Positions 1 through 13,084 of a DNA stretch of 64,000 nucleotides are shown piece by piece. The stretch is from contig OX597817.1 in the NCBI GenBank assembly GCA_951406725.2, forward strand, positions 60,140,001 to 60,204,000. The letters are read 5' to 3'. A program made the translations under genes and the position numbers. The DNA comes from Octopus vulgaris. Lineage: Eukaryota. Each line of letters starts with the position of its first letter. The first letter of the stretch is position 1. Under the pieces are notes generated by a model. The model saw only the letters and a program-made list of their open reading frames with translations, was not told the DNA's origin and did no database searches.

Positions 1-1861
1 TCTCAATGCTTTGGGGATCTTAAAAAAAAAGGAAAGATATATTGAGAAACACACTTAGATAAAACTCTTTGATATCTCTGAAAATATTTTCAGTTCATTG
101 AAGTTTATTATTTCCCAAATCTAGGTAAACTGAAGGAATGCAGTATTAAAGAGAACTTGTATCCCGAACAGATAATGAAACCCTTGTTATTCAAACTCAA
201 GATGTGTTAGGTGAAGAGAATATTCATTTTGCAGAGGAAGAGAAAAAGAGAAAACGAGAATAGAAGCGGTGACGAGTAAGGTGGGTGGAATAGAAAAGGT
301 AAATAGCTGGACAACCAGTTTTAGATAATCATTAGGTACATAGTGGTACATAAAAGCCAAAGTCTAGCAGGAAATTCTCAGAACGTGCTGAGCTTCACAC
401 ACGTGACACCAAAAAGGTTTTTTGAAGTGTATTTTCCCTTTGTTTTAATCAAAATATTTTGTTTCAATTTCACTTACTTCTTAGGAAAGCATTGATCACT
501 ATTTACATGTATGTATACACAATGTGTACACACATACACACACACATATATATAAGGATAAGATCGTTAAGTTAAAATAAAATAACAATTTTATCAAGTG
601 GCCAGCATGGAAAAAATAACCTTCAAAGGTAATAATTATTAAAATTATAAATTAGGGTATCTACGAGATACCGCCATGCTGAAAATAGCACCCATGATCT
701 GACTCTAAAACCACCTTAATTGTCCATATTGCAAACACGGAGAGAAAACAAAGAGACAAGATGAAACTAGTAAAAAATTACTGGATTTATGCATGAGTAA
801 ATGTACACAGAGGTTTGCTCTTAGTTAGCAAAAATAAAAAATAACACATTTTATGTAGTTGAAGTTGCCTCGTTAGGACAAGAGCACTGAGTAAACCTGT
901 TTCAGGTAAAAACTCAAACAACATCTCATCCTTCACAACGATCTTTTATCTGTTACTTGTTAGTCATTGGACTGTGGCCATGCTGGGGTACTGCCTTGAA
1001 GGGTTTAGTTGAACAATCTGATCTCAGTGATTATTTCTTAATACTGCTGCTTAATCTTGGTCTTTTGCTGAACTGCTAAGTTATGGGGATGTAAACAAAC
1101 CCACACCAGTTGTCAAGAAAGACTGGGGGACAAACACACACATATATATATGTGATGGGCTTCTTTCAGTTTTTAGTTACCAAATCCACTCACAAAGCTT
1201 TGTTTGGCCCTGAGCTACAATGGAAGACACTTGCCCAAGGTGCCATGCAGTGGGACTGAACCTGGAACTGTGTGGTTGGGAAGAAAACTTCTTATTGGTC
1301 ATCTAAGTTGACAAAGGGACACAGGTTGAACTTGCACTCAAGCAGTTTCACTACTCTTACATGTTCTGACTTATTTCCAGCATAGCCAACAGCCTCCATA
1401 GAAATACCCAGCAAGCAATTGATTTTCCATTTAAGAATATACAAGATGGGAACTTTGATGGTGACTTAATGATCCTTGAAAAGTTATATCAATTAATTTT
1501 CTAGTGCATGCATATCTGAGTCCAGGGTGAGTGTATTTCTTTCAATTTATCCATATCAATACTAACCAGTCTTCAAATCAAATTGATTGATCCAAAACAG
1601 CTGGTTAGACATTTCAAGATATATTAATCAATGTTTTACCTATTATATAATAGATATATTCAGAATAGAGTTTGTGTTGTGGAAGTTTGTATTATTGTGT
1701 ACTGAGCACTATAGTCACGGTTTGAAACTAATGGAAACAAATCATTGCTTTTGAATAAGGTATGAGATGATATTCCCACAAGACCTGCTCCATATTTTCT
1801 TTCTTGGGTTATAGGGCAGTGCGGAAGTAGTTGTCTGACCCAAATATAAGAGATGCTTGCC

Positions 1862-1962
1862 AAAGATTTGAACTCAAGGCCTATAATAGCCAGGGGCTGA
1901 AGATTTGAACTTAAGGCCTATAATAGCCGGAGCTAAAGATATGAATTCAAGGCCTATAATAG
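1862..1962. repeat. Tandem repeat, about 3 x 36-37 bp
   Basis: aagatttgaactcaaggcctataatagc repeated three times. Confidence 0.8.
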
Positions 1963-3037
1963 CTGTGGAACAGGAAGAAATGTAATCAGAAATAGTTTGT
2001 GTCCCAAACAAAAGGACTCCAAGTTATAATGGATGTTGAACAGGGATTAAGTGATATTCATACCTTTTGAGGGGCGATTAGCATCATAAAGGAAAAGACA
2101 TTTACATCCAGGTATCATCAAAACTGGTCAGCTTGCATGAATACGATCTCTGATTTTGAAAAAACAAAAACATCATCATCAACGTCAGTTAAAAACTGTC
2201 TACAGAAAAAGATGATGAGTGGGCAGAAGCGTTAGCGTGTTGGACAAAATGCTTAGCAGTATGTCTTCAATTCTGAGTTCAAATTCTCCCTAGGTCAACT
2301 TGCCTTTCACCCCTTTGGCTATCATTTATAGTAGCAGAAACAATTGCAACTGGTCATTAAAGATCAACTCAAACTCTTTATCTTATTAGTTTATATGTGT
2401 GTATGTGTGATATAAGTATATATTGGAGATTTAATCTTTTTGTTACCATATTAATAATGAACACACTGCAATTATTAAACTTGAAAATAAGAATTTGTGA
2501 AGATTGAGTTTAATAACTTCAACATTTAAAATGGTGTTTGGTGCAAAACTGAACAAGCAGTTTTTTCAGAAAATTATAATGGAAGATTTTAATTTAAGCA
2601 TTAACACTTTAAAATGTGGTGTTTGTAATAGAACCAAAAGCAGTATCAAATGGTCGTAGTCTTACAAGAAGCAGCAGTGACAGGCTAAATAGCACCACCA
2701 ATTTGGCTGCCAAGTTGGGGATTCAGTCTTCAGTATTTGCTGTGAATTGGTTGTACTGGTTTTTTTTTTCTTTCTTCTTATATTTCCACCTTATTTAGAT
2801 GGATCAACAGTAAAGATAGCATTTTTTAGGTTTTCAGCTGCTTCTCCATATTGCGAGGCCACGGCTCCAGAACCACAAACATGCAATTAAAATATTACGG
2901 GAAAGAAATGCAAGATGGATCCTTCAAGGTGAATCAATTGGCAAGAGACCGAGGGGTAGAGCAAGAATAATAACGGTTGGATAATACACATAGCTCTGTT
3001 GGTCAAGCTTGGGAATCTGGTTGGAAAGTGTAATGAT

Positions 3038-3274
3038 TATTTCTTTATTGCCCAAAGGAGGGGAGGGCTAAACATAGAGGGGACAAACAAGGACAGACAA
3101 AGGGATTAAGTCGATTACATCGACTCCAGGGTGTAACTGGTACTTATTTAATCGACCCCGAAAGGATGAAAGGCAAAGTCAACCTTGGCGGAATTTGAAC
3201 TCAGAACATTACAGCAGATGAAATACGGCTATGCATTTTGCCCCATGTGCTAACGATTCTGCCAGCTCGCCGCC
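3038..3274 (-). mobile_element. tRNA-derived SINE, family A, with 17-bp TSD
   Basis: ggcggcgagctggcagaa head, gagttcaaattcc B box; TSD ttggaaagtgtaatgat at 3021-37 and 3275-91. Confidence 0.85.
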
Positions 3275-4183
3275 TTGGAAAGTGTAATGATGGCTCTCCT
3301 GTAAGACTCTATGGATGAAGTGCCTAAGAACTCTACCCTTGTGATCCCCACTCCCCAGGAACAGCAGGTTGCAAAAATGGATGGACAAACACCAATCAAG
3401 AAATAGTGAATTTTATCTGAATACAAATACTGCTGATTTTTTTTTGTTTTTTTGTGTGAGGTGATGGTGGTGGGTCAGTATATGACTGACGTAGAAAACT
3501 AAATTCCAAACTAGAAGCAAATGCGGAAATTTAACTCTGGTGGGAATTGAATTCAGAAACAGGAGGTGCCGAATAAATATAAAGAATGTTATTTTAAATC
3601 TGTTCTAAAGGAAACAGAATAATTATGCAACGTGGAAAAAATATTTTCAACCAAGAGCTACAAAAAAGTATATCGACATCTGATTGTGGTGTTTAGGTCA
3701 CAAACATACAAGTACTGAGTGTATATAATTATGAAGAGATGTGTAATCATATACAGTGTGTATAATAATTAAAAATAAAGGGATGGTAAACACATTTTCC
3801 AAAGTAATTAAAAGTGGGTTCAATATTCCACAGACAAACATCAGTGAAGTTGATGTGTGTGCGTGTGTGTGTGATGTAGGATAATTATAGGAATGAGGAT
3901 GTAGCATAAAGTTTCAATTGTATGCATGGCTATGTGGTTAATAAGCTTGCTTCCCAACAATGTGGTTTCGGGTTCAGTCCCACTGTGTGTCACCTTGGAT
4001 AAGTTTCTTCTACTTTAGCTTCAAATTTATCAAAGCTTTGTGAGTGGATTTGGAAAGCCCACTGTGTGCGTGTGTGTTTGTTCTTGTCTTCATGCTGTGG
4101 TTGTAAATGAGCATCACTGTCATACAAGCAATGTCATTCATTTTCAGTCTTCTACAAAAAACATGTCTGGTTAATGGAAAATA

Positions 4184-5086
4184 TCGGATCATTCTCCATA
4201 AATAATGTTGGTTTTTTTATACTTCTTCTATTTTTCAAAATTAAGATAAACAAAGTTCTTATTTAATCTAAAATATACTCTCCTTTATTTTCTACAATAC
4301 TCTTCCATCTGTCTGGTACACTTGCAAAGCCCTTCTTCCAAAATTCACTTGTCTGTGACGAAAGATATTCCTCCAGTAATGTTCTGACCTTGTCTACAGC
4401 ATTTATATTTTTTCCATCGAAATGATTTTGAAGACTGCAGATGGGGCAATGTCCAGCGAATACGGTGGGTGGGGCATCATTTCCCATTGAAACTGCTCCA
4501 GCCTTTAGAATGTCATCCTTGCTGTATGTGGCCGAGCATTATCAAGATGGAAGAAAACTTTTCATCTTGAAATCAAAGATGGTCATTTTTCTTCTAGCGC
4601 TTGGCTGGTTGAATGACCAAATCCAAACTTCTCTGCTAGTTCCTCAACAGTTACAATGGGATTTTGTTCCACCAGGGTTTGCAGGATGTCCTTGTTGAGA
4701 TCTACAGGTCTTCTAGGATGAGGCTCGTCTTTTAGGCTATAGTTTCCAGCTCAGAATTTCTGGAACCACCGTTGACACTGGCTTGCGCTTATTGTCTGAT
4801 CCCCATGTACTGCATTAATATTCCTTGCACTTTCTGTTGCGTTGTTGCCTTTGTTGAACTCATAAAGCAAAATAAATATGCTCCTTTGTCACTTTCATTA
4901 TAGCTTTGAAAAAATAACTCTTAAAATCGAACTGCACTCTTCAGAACTTACACTAAGAATAAAGACAAGGTAAAATTACTACCTGCTTTTTTTATATAGC
5001 AAGTTGATGCAGGTAGTTTATCCTGTGCCTCTCCGACTTTTAGCTCATGCAATTCAAAAAACCACATTACTTATGGGCTGACCCAA
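4184..5086 (-). mobile_element. Internally deleted mariner transposon with TIRs and TA target duplication, nested in a SINE
   Basis: Decayed transposase: LLYEFNKGNNATESARNINAV...QRWFQKF at the N-terminus, FWKKGFASVPDRWKSIVENKGEYILD at the C-terminus. TIR ccataa(a/g)taatg at both ends, flanked by TA. The host SINE (ggaaaata|ttaccttacttgg) is split. Confidence 0.85.
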
Positions 5087-5504
5087 TATTACCTTACTTG
5101 GAAACAGGTAAAGATTGGCAACAGGAAGAGCATCCAGCCATAGAAGATCTACCTTAACATATACTGTTTGACCCATGCAAGAATGGAAAAGTGGACATTA
5201 AATGATGGTGATGTTTATTTTTTGTATACATTTTTAATCATCAGGTCTTATTAAAACAGATACAATCAGAGTGAACAATATTTTAAACAAATCAAATTCT
5301 TTTGATTTATATTGATCTTTTAATAATATGGATCATTTACATGAATGAAATTACTCTCATGGTAGCAGTGGTTGCAAACAGATAGGCCACAGGTGAATAT
5401 TAACTTATGAATACAGCAAAAATATTGATAAAACAAACACACTAGGGTAGCAGCACAAGCTCCGTACGTTTGTGGGGATATGAGTTTTTTTTTTTTTTTA
5501 CATT

Positions 5505-5830
5505 TACAAACTGGCCCTCCGTCGGTTACGACGACGAGGGTTCCAGTTAATCCAATTAACAGGACAGCCTGCCCGTGAAATTAACATGCAAGTGGCTGAG
5601 CATTCCACAGACACCCTTAATGTAGTTCTCAGGGAGATTCAGCGTAACTCAGAATGTGACAAGGCTGGCTCTTTTGAATTACAGGTACAACTCATCATTT
5701 GCCAGCTGAGTGGACTGGACCAATGTGAAATAAAGGGGCCTGCTCAAGGACACAACATGCTGCTGGGAATTGAACTCACGACTTTATGATCATAAACCAA
5801 ACACTCTTACCATTACACCACACACCTTCA
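5505..5830 (-). mobile_element. tRNA-derived SINE, family D
   Basis: Minus-strand tRNA-like head with gagttcaattccc; related partial copy at about 53085-53245 (+). Confidence 0.65.
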
Positions 5831-6687
5831 CTACACATTTGTAAGTTAATAACAATTTATTGTGTCTGGGGAGAATCATTCTCTTTTAGTGCCTTATTTA
5901 ACACACTCACTGGTCCGATTTCCACTCGTTTACTTTTTTTGTTTACTTTTTTATTTTTATTATTTTTTAATTTTCTTTCTATATTGACACAAGAACGTAG
6001 ATGTACAAGAGAGAGAGACAAATGAATTAATCACGAACAGTACAAGTGCTTATCTTCTTCAGTTTGGATAAACTAAAAATAAAAAAAGAAGGCATAGAGT
6101 GGTTTGTGTATGCAGAGGTTGGAACATAACTGGACATCTCTCTTACCATCCACATTTAGGGAGTATAATAAATGTTATACTTTTAGCCAAGCACTTTATA
6201 ATAAAATGCAAAACAAACAAACGGAATCAGGACAGCTCTCTGGCTGGCTGACTCCTGTCAAACCGTACAACCCATGCCAGCATGCAAAATGGACGTTAAC
6301 AGATGATGCACAAGGACAGCAATTTTGAAGGAAGACAGTTACTTGAGTGTACTACCCATAGTATTTTACTGGTATTTATCAGTATAACTACAGATGTGTG
6401 CCCCCACCACATTCACCATGATTTCTTTTTAAAATGTCAAGTTCTGAGATATTTACAGCGTCTGAAACGTATTTCTTGAAAATTTTATTTTAAAAAATAG
6501 CAATTTTTTAAAAAGTTATGAAGAAACAAAGCTATTGAGAGGGTCACACATCTGTGGTGATGTTATTTTATTGACTTCAGAAGGAAGAATATATTACACA
6601 CACACACACAATATACATAGATATTTTTATACATATGTATATACCTGCAGACATATATATATACATAGATGTATGTATACACACACA

Positions 6688-6905
6688 CGATGGGGTGCTG
6701 AAAAGTTCCTGGTTTTGGGTCAAAGAAAATACAGGAGGATCAGTTAATTACGGTTTTATCCAACATATTCCCCTCTCGGATTCGCACTTATTGCAGCGGT
6801 CCTTCAGTTTTTCTAAGCCCTGTAAAAGAACTCGGAAGGTTGGGTTTGCAACCAGGCCTTTCGCGATACTCTTAAAACCAGGAACTTTTCAGCCCCACCC
6901 CCTCG
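6688..6905. mobile_element. Mariner-derived MITE
   Basis: TIRs ggggtgctgaaaagttcctgg / ccaggaacttttcagcccc; about 220 bp, no ORF. Confidence 0.75.
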
Positions 6906-7304
6906 TATATACATATGTGTGTATGCACTGACTATATATGTTTGTGTGATTAAGAAGATCGCTTCCCAACCTCAAAGTTCCATGTTCAAATCCCACTGCA
7001 TGGCACCTTGAGCAAGTATCTTCTATTATAACCCCAGGGCAGTCTTCTGAGTAGATTCAGTCGATGAAATAATCCCAACCCGGGCTCACATGTGGACTTT
7101 CTAATAGTTGTAAACTAGTGTCACCGTTAGACAGACGGTGTAATTTATTTTCAATCATCTGTCAAAATAAAGTCCTGTCACAATGAGGGTGGGGGTTGAA
7201 AGATTGTTTAGAAACGGGTCAAGGTTGGCGACAAGATGGGCATCTGGCTGTAGAAAACTTGCCTCAACGAATTCTATTTGTCCCATACAAGCAGGAACAT
7301 TTAA

Positions 7305-7510
7305 TTCTTTATTGCCCACAAGGGGCTAAACACGGAGAGGACAAACAATGACAGACAAAGGGACTAAGTCGATTACATCGACCCCAGTGCGTAACTGGTA
7401 CTTATTTGATCGATCCCGAAAGGATGAAAGGCTAAGTCGATCTCGGTGGAATTTGAACTCAGAACAAGCATTTCGCCTGGCGTGCTAACGTTTCTGCCAG
7501 TTCGCCGCCT
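7305..7510 (-). mobile_element. SINE family A
   Basis: Similar to 3038-3274. Confidence 0.75.
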
Positions 7511-7791
7511 TTATTAAAACGACGATATATATATGTGTGATACCTTGGGCAAGTGTCTTCTACTATAGCCTCGGGCTAATCAAAGCCTTGTGAGTGGATT
7601 TGGTAGACGGAAACTGAAAGAAGCCCGTCGCATATATATATAAAGGCATTCTTCGGCAAAAGAGACCGATAGAATAAGTACTAAGTTTACAATGAATAAG
7701 TTCTGGAGCCGATTTGTTCGACTAAAGACGGTACTCCAGCTAGGTCGCAGTCAAATGACTGAAACAAGTTATATATATATATGAGAGAGAG

Positions 7792-7837
<46 letters not shown>

Positions 7838-8581
7838 GGATGCGGTGTTAACCGGTTCGCTTTCAGGATAAGTGCATGAGGGTTCGATTACCATACACGT
7901 TCCTTCCCTTGGTTGGGTGTTTTCTAGTCTAAATTTGACTAATAAAATTGGGAGAAGAAGAACAAACAGAAAAGATCCTAACTGATATTCGTACAGAATA
8001 GAATAAGGAATTATCCGAGTACTCTCTTCGAATGTGTGTATTTAAGGCACCATAATGGGAAAGGTGATTCTGTCCCGCTCTCCTTATGTCTTTTTTGAGA
8101 TCTGACTTAGAATAAATCTGAAAAACTTTCGAAAGAACATCAAATGTGAAAGATTGTGGAAAGAAAGTGGGTAGAATCACCGGCAGGGGTAAAGAATACA
8201 TTCACCACCCGTTTTCGGTGTAACAAAATCCCTACCCCTAAACATCGGGTGTGCGTATTCTTTACTGTCACCGAATCACCCCCCCCCCCCCAGAACTTTT
8301 TCTTTTAACAGAATTGTATTCTATGTTGCTTCAAACGCATACATCCGAAGAAAATAGTATTATTTTACGATTACACCCGTCTCACCAGACGGGTGTAATA
8401 GCAATTCACCGGAATAGGCCACGGAATTGGGGTGGGAACAAAATATAAAACATTCGATAGACAGAAATTTTGCGGAAACCCTCCTAGATGTATATTTGTG
8501 TGTGTGGAATTTGTTAGACGGAAACTCTGCGGAAACCGTGTCATATATACATACACACATAGCCATATACATACACACATA

Positions 8582-8626
<45 letters not shown>

Positions 8627-9757
8627 GTGTGTGTGTGTGTGTGTGTTTGTATTTTCTGTTTATACTCTACCGGTCTCAAATCCGGCATTTGTTTATGTTG
8701 TTCTGTTCCTTTACATCCCTTAACGTCACCGTCCGATACTTAGAAATCGATAAAGGGCTCTGAACTGTAACAATAAGTATTGGAGTCCCAAACCCCAGTA
8801 AACAATAAAAGAACATGACATATATATATACATATAGGCAAAGTTGTGTAGTCACATACATAGATACATTGTTTGTGTATACATATACATACATATATAC
8901 ATATTAGAGGGAAACCGCTATGTGGACACCCATATGCTAGAAATAGATCCTCTAATATGTATACAATACAATTTTACTGAACCTTCAGTCTTTTTATATG
9001 CTAGACCACTGGTGTGAAATCGATGTTAATTAAATTAATATCTAATTTCTCACCCTCATTTTAAATTTATATATATACATATATATATATATAAGAAGTG
9101 TGACTTACCACGAAGTGGTGTACAAAGTATTCAGAAAAAAGGGTAAAAAAATCGCCGCCGCAGAACTCAAACGAAGAATGTCTTGTAATTTGTAAGTGGT
9201 GTAGAAGGAAGAAAGTTGTTCAGTAACTCAGCTCCGGAGTAATAATAATATATATGAAATATAGTCAGAGGTTAGCTTGGTGAGAGACAGAGAAGGGAGG
9301 AACCAGTTAAGTGTATATAGCTTGAAATGTGACCCGACCAGCGAAACTTCTGACCAAAAAGTTAATTAATAAATTTAATTAACCAGCAAAACCCATTTGA
9401 CTGTCCGTCAGTCAGGGGTCACTTGAGTTGGTCATGCCAGGCTTCGACAACAACCTCATTTCCATCGTTATCCTTGCTTTAAAAGTAAATATGTTGACAC
9501 AAGCACACTCTGTCCAGACACAACTGACAAAGGTTTTGCTTTCCCGTTTTTGCTGTTCATTTGTCGATTAGTTTTTATATTTATTTTTATTATATCAACT
9601 TTCCACTTCCGTCGTCACCTCCTGTCTCTCTCTCTCTCTCTCTCTCTATCACACACACACATTGATAAAGACGTTTGTAGGTACACGTAATTATAGGCAT
9701 TTAATATATAAACATACACATATAGTCAAGCAGTCCGGGTTTCTTTTATTCCTATAT

Positions 9758-9758
9758 A

Positions 9759-9794
<36 letters not shown>

Positions 9795-9922
9795 TCTACC
9801 TACCTATCTACCTGTCTTTCTATCTATCTATCTATCTATCTATCTACCTACCTATCTATCTGTCTTTCTATCTATCTATATATCTATCTATCTATCTATC
9901 TGCCTGTCTGTCTATCTATTTA

Positions 9923-9972
<50 letters not shown>

Positions 9973-10007
9973 TTATCTGTACAGATATCTATCTATCTAT
10001 CTATCTA
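9758..10007. repeat. (TATC)n microsatellite
   Basis: Direct reading. Confidence 0.9.
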
Positions 10008-12319
10008 TGATGCGCGTAATTATATATTAAATGTAAATTATATTTTCTTTTACATATCAAATTTTTTATTAATTAAAAAATATTAAAGATACATGCCCGA
10101 TTTTATAAATTAAATTCTTTTCCGAAGTAAAAGAACGAAAACTTAGAATGATTTAATTATGGAAATAATATTAAAAGTTTGGTGAAGTTACCCAGTGAAA
10201 AGTTGCAATTTTAGTTTGTTTATGTTTGGTTGGGAGGTAATGAGTCTGTGAGGAGGATTCGAACCAACTAATTAGAAGTTTATGAAATAAACAAGAGGAT
10301 TTAGATCGATAGAGCCCATTACAAGATTAGTGTGTGTGAAAAGATGATAGAGAGAGGGGGAGACACGAAGAGAAGTAAAGTAATGTATAGGGAAGAGGAG
10401 GCGAAAGTGAGAGAGGGAGGAATAGTAACGATACAAAGAGAAAGATAGATAGAGTGCGACATATAGAGGTGGAGTAGGGAAAATGATGAAGAAAGGAAGA
10501 GAGAGGGGGAAGTGATAGAGAGATAAGAACTGCTGTCGCTCTCGCCTCAGAGAAACGAATTAGTGTGAGGGAGAGAGAGAGAGATAAAGACAGAGAGAGG
10601 GTGTAAGTAACAGAAAGAGAGAAATATCTACGTCACAGAACAAAAAGAGAGAGAGAAGAAACGAAAATTGGAGAGGGGGAAACTGATATAGAAGTTAGAG
10701 AGAAGGGACAGTTTGCCTTCCTCTACGATTCAAGAGATATAGAACAAAAAAGAGAGAGAGAGAGAGAATTGTCCAAGGGACAAAATGAAAACAAAAAAAA
10801 GGTCTGCAAATAGAAAAGAGAACCAGGTGCCCCCGTAGAGAAAGAGAGAGAGAGAACATACAGATAGTACTTTCGGGATGAAAAATTCAATATATTAGAA
10901 GAAAAGAGCGAGGGGTTAATTCGATAAAGAGAGCAAATAAAGAGAACCTCGACAGAATTGCATGGAAGTAAAAGGAAACGAACCACTCGTTAATTAATAA
11001 TAATTATTTGCCTGTTAAAAGCGTTTTCATAAGTTAGTTTTTCAGGCTTTTAATTAAGCAATGTTCCAATCGTTCTCAGTAATATAAAACTTGCCTTTCA
11101 CAAGATCCAAGTTTGGTGGTTGAAAGAATAAATAGTAATGGATAGCATACATGATAGACGGACGCCAAGGAAATATGTTCCGTTTATCATGTAATACACA
11201 AGACAAGCAAAAAGGGTTAAGAAGTTTATGAATGTTGATGTTTGTAATGCCGCTATTGCGGTTATTCGTGCCAATGTTGCTGTCGTGGCTGTTATTTTCG
11301 TAATACTTCGCAGTCGTTGTTACTTTATTAGGTTATGAATCCATTTAATATTTTGGCTGTTGTTGCTAATGTTAGAACTATAATAGTTACTGTTGTTGTT
11401 GCTATTGCTAAAGTTAACGGTGTTTTGTAAGCTGGGAGGTGGGGGTCCTCACATTGTCCTCCTCTCACCCAAATTTATGTAAAACAAACCAAATAATTTT
11501 TATAATAAAGTTATTAATTGGTGTAATTAGTGAAGTTATTAATAGTTATTCATACCAGTGATCTGTTTGTTGGTGTTATTGCCGAACTTTCATTATCACT
11601 CGCCTCCAATCATCCAACGTAGTCGACCTAAGAGTTTAGAAAGGATCCAGTTATCGGTGTCGCCGACAGCAGGATTCACCCACTCTCCACCTTACTCACG
11701 CACCGGCTCGATTTCACGTATTCGCGCTTAGACGAATAGTCTTACATGCATACACATATACACACATGTAGACATTACAGAATGGTTTCTTTCTTTAAAA
11801 AGATCTTTGACTGGTGTTAACGTATTAACCCATTTTAGCATTTAACATTTCAGCGGAGTAAACACTCACATACATACTCGCCACACACAAACACACAATC
11901 CTAACAGCACGAAGAGTTGTTCTAACAAGAGAGCCCTTTGTTCAGTCTGCTAGAAATAGCAGTCATATTGCTCACAAACTGCATCCTACATCTTAAAAAA
12001 AAAAGAAAAAGGAATCCTGTATTGGATAATGTAATCCTAGATACAGTATGTCTGAATAATTGGGTTGATTATAACTGGAATAATTTTGATCGTGTCTGCT
12101 CAGCCAGGGATGACATTGGACTAAGCAACGATCGTCATTAGAGAAATACACAAGTTTTATTGCCTTCACAGTGTTTACCATTTCACAAATTAAATTAGAA
12201 AACTGGACAAAACAGTGAACACATTGAAAAAATTAAAAAGAAAAAGAAAAAAAAACCCAACACAATTCACCATCTTGGGTTGAAAAGTTGAGGGTCGCTG
12301 GGAAACCTCTCTAATGGCT

Positions 12320-12517
12320 ATTGAGACCTGCCAGCACGCTTGCAGCTTTGCCGCGGGTAATGGCGAGGCTGATGCGCTGGCACAGCCAGGCGCCCTCATG
12401 AGCCTCACCAGTTACCTCTGCAAGGCGTGTTGCCAGTGAAGAAAGGAATCTTGCAGTTAGTGGTTCGATCCCACCAAACGTTTTGAACGCCTCAAGATGG
12501 AAAATGTAGTTGGTCAT
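12320..12517 (-). mobile_element. C-terminal fragment of a CRE-like (REL endonuclease) non-LTR retrotransposon
   Basis: FKTFGG...FLSSLATRL...WLCQRISLAITRGKAASVL matches the ETxG...QRxSxAxQRGNAAS motif at the end of CRE-clade ORFs. Confidence 0.7.
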
Positions 12518-12715
12518 TGACTAGTTCTAATTTCTTTTGACCCAAAGAGGTGAAATGCAAAACCGACCTCACCAGAATTCAAAATGTGAAGAGCCATTAC
12601 TAAATACCGCTAGACTAACAAATAAACAAATCCTCAACTCATTTTTTTTTTAACAATCTATATTATCAAATTTCTGGATTGGGTCATTGCTCAACTAATT
12701 AGGGAGAGGGTTAAC

Positions 12716-13052
12716 CTAGATGAGATGCAGTTTGGTCTTGTGCCAGGGAAACACACTACTGGTTCTCTCTTGCAAGCAAGGCAACTTCAGGAAGCATTTA
12801 GCCAGAAATAAAACATTGTACTTGGTATTGGTTAAGGAGAAAGCCTTTGATAAGGTTCCTCGATCCTTCATCTGGTGGTCACTATGGAAGCTAAGGGCAG
12901 ATGAGTGGCTTGTGAGAGCTGTCCAAGCCATGTACAGGGTTGTTGTCAGAAAGGTGAAAGTCAACAATGAGTATGGCAACAAATTTAGTATGCAGGTAGG
13001 AATTCACCACAACTCTGTTCTCAGCCGCCTCTTGTCTATTATAGTCTTTTAG
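12716..13052 (+). mobile_element. RTE-clade LINE reverse transcriptase fragment
   Basis: QFG..., EKAFDKVPR, VRAVQAMY, VGIHHNSVLS (decayed GVHQGSVLSP); a further piece at 13569-13650. Confidence 0.8.
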
Positions 13053-13084
13053 ACCAAAACAGAGGAATGTAGTCCTAGATACAG

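Noticed and set aside
9662-10030. 122-aa hydrophobic ORF
   Set aside because: Translation of the (TATC)n microsatellite
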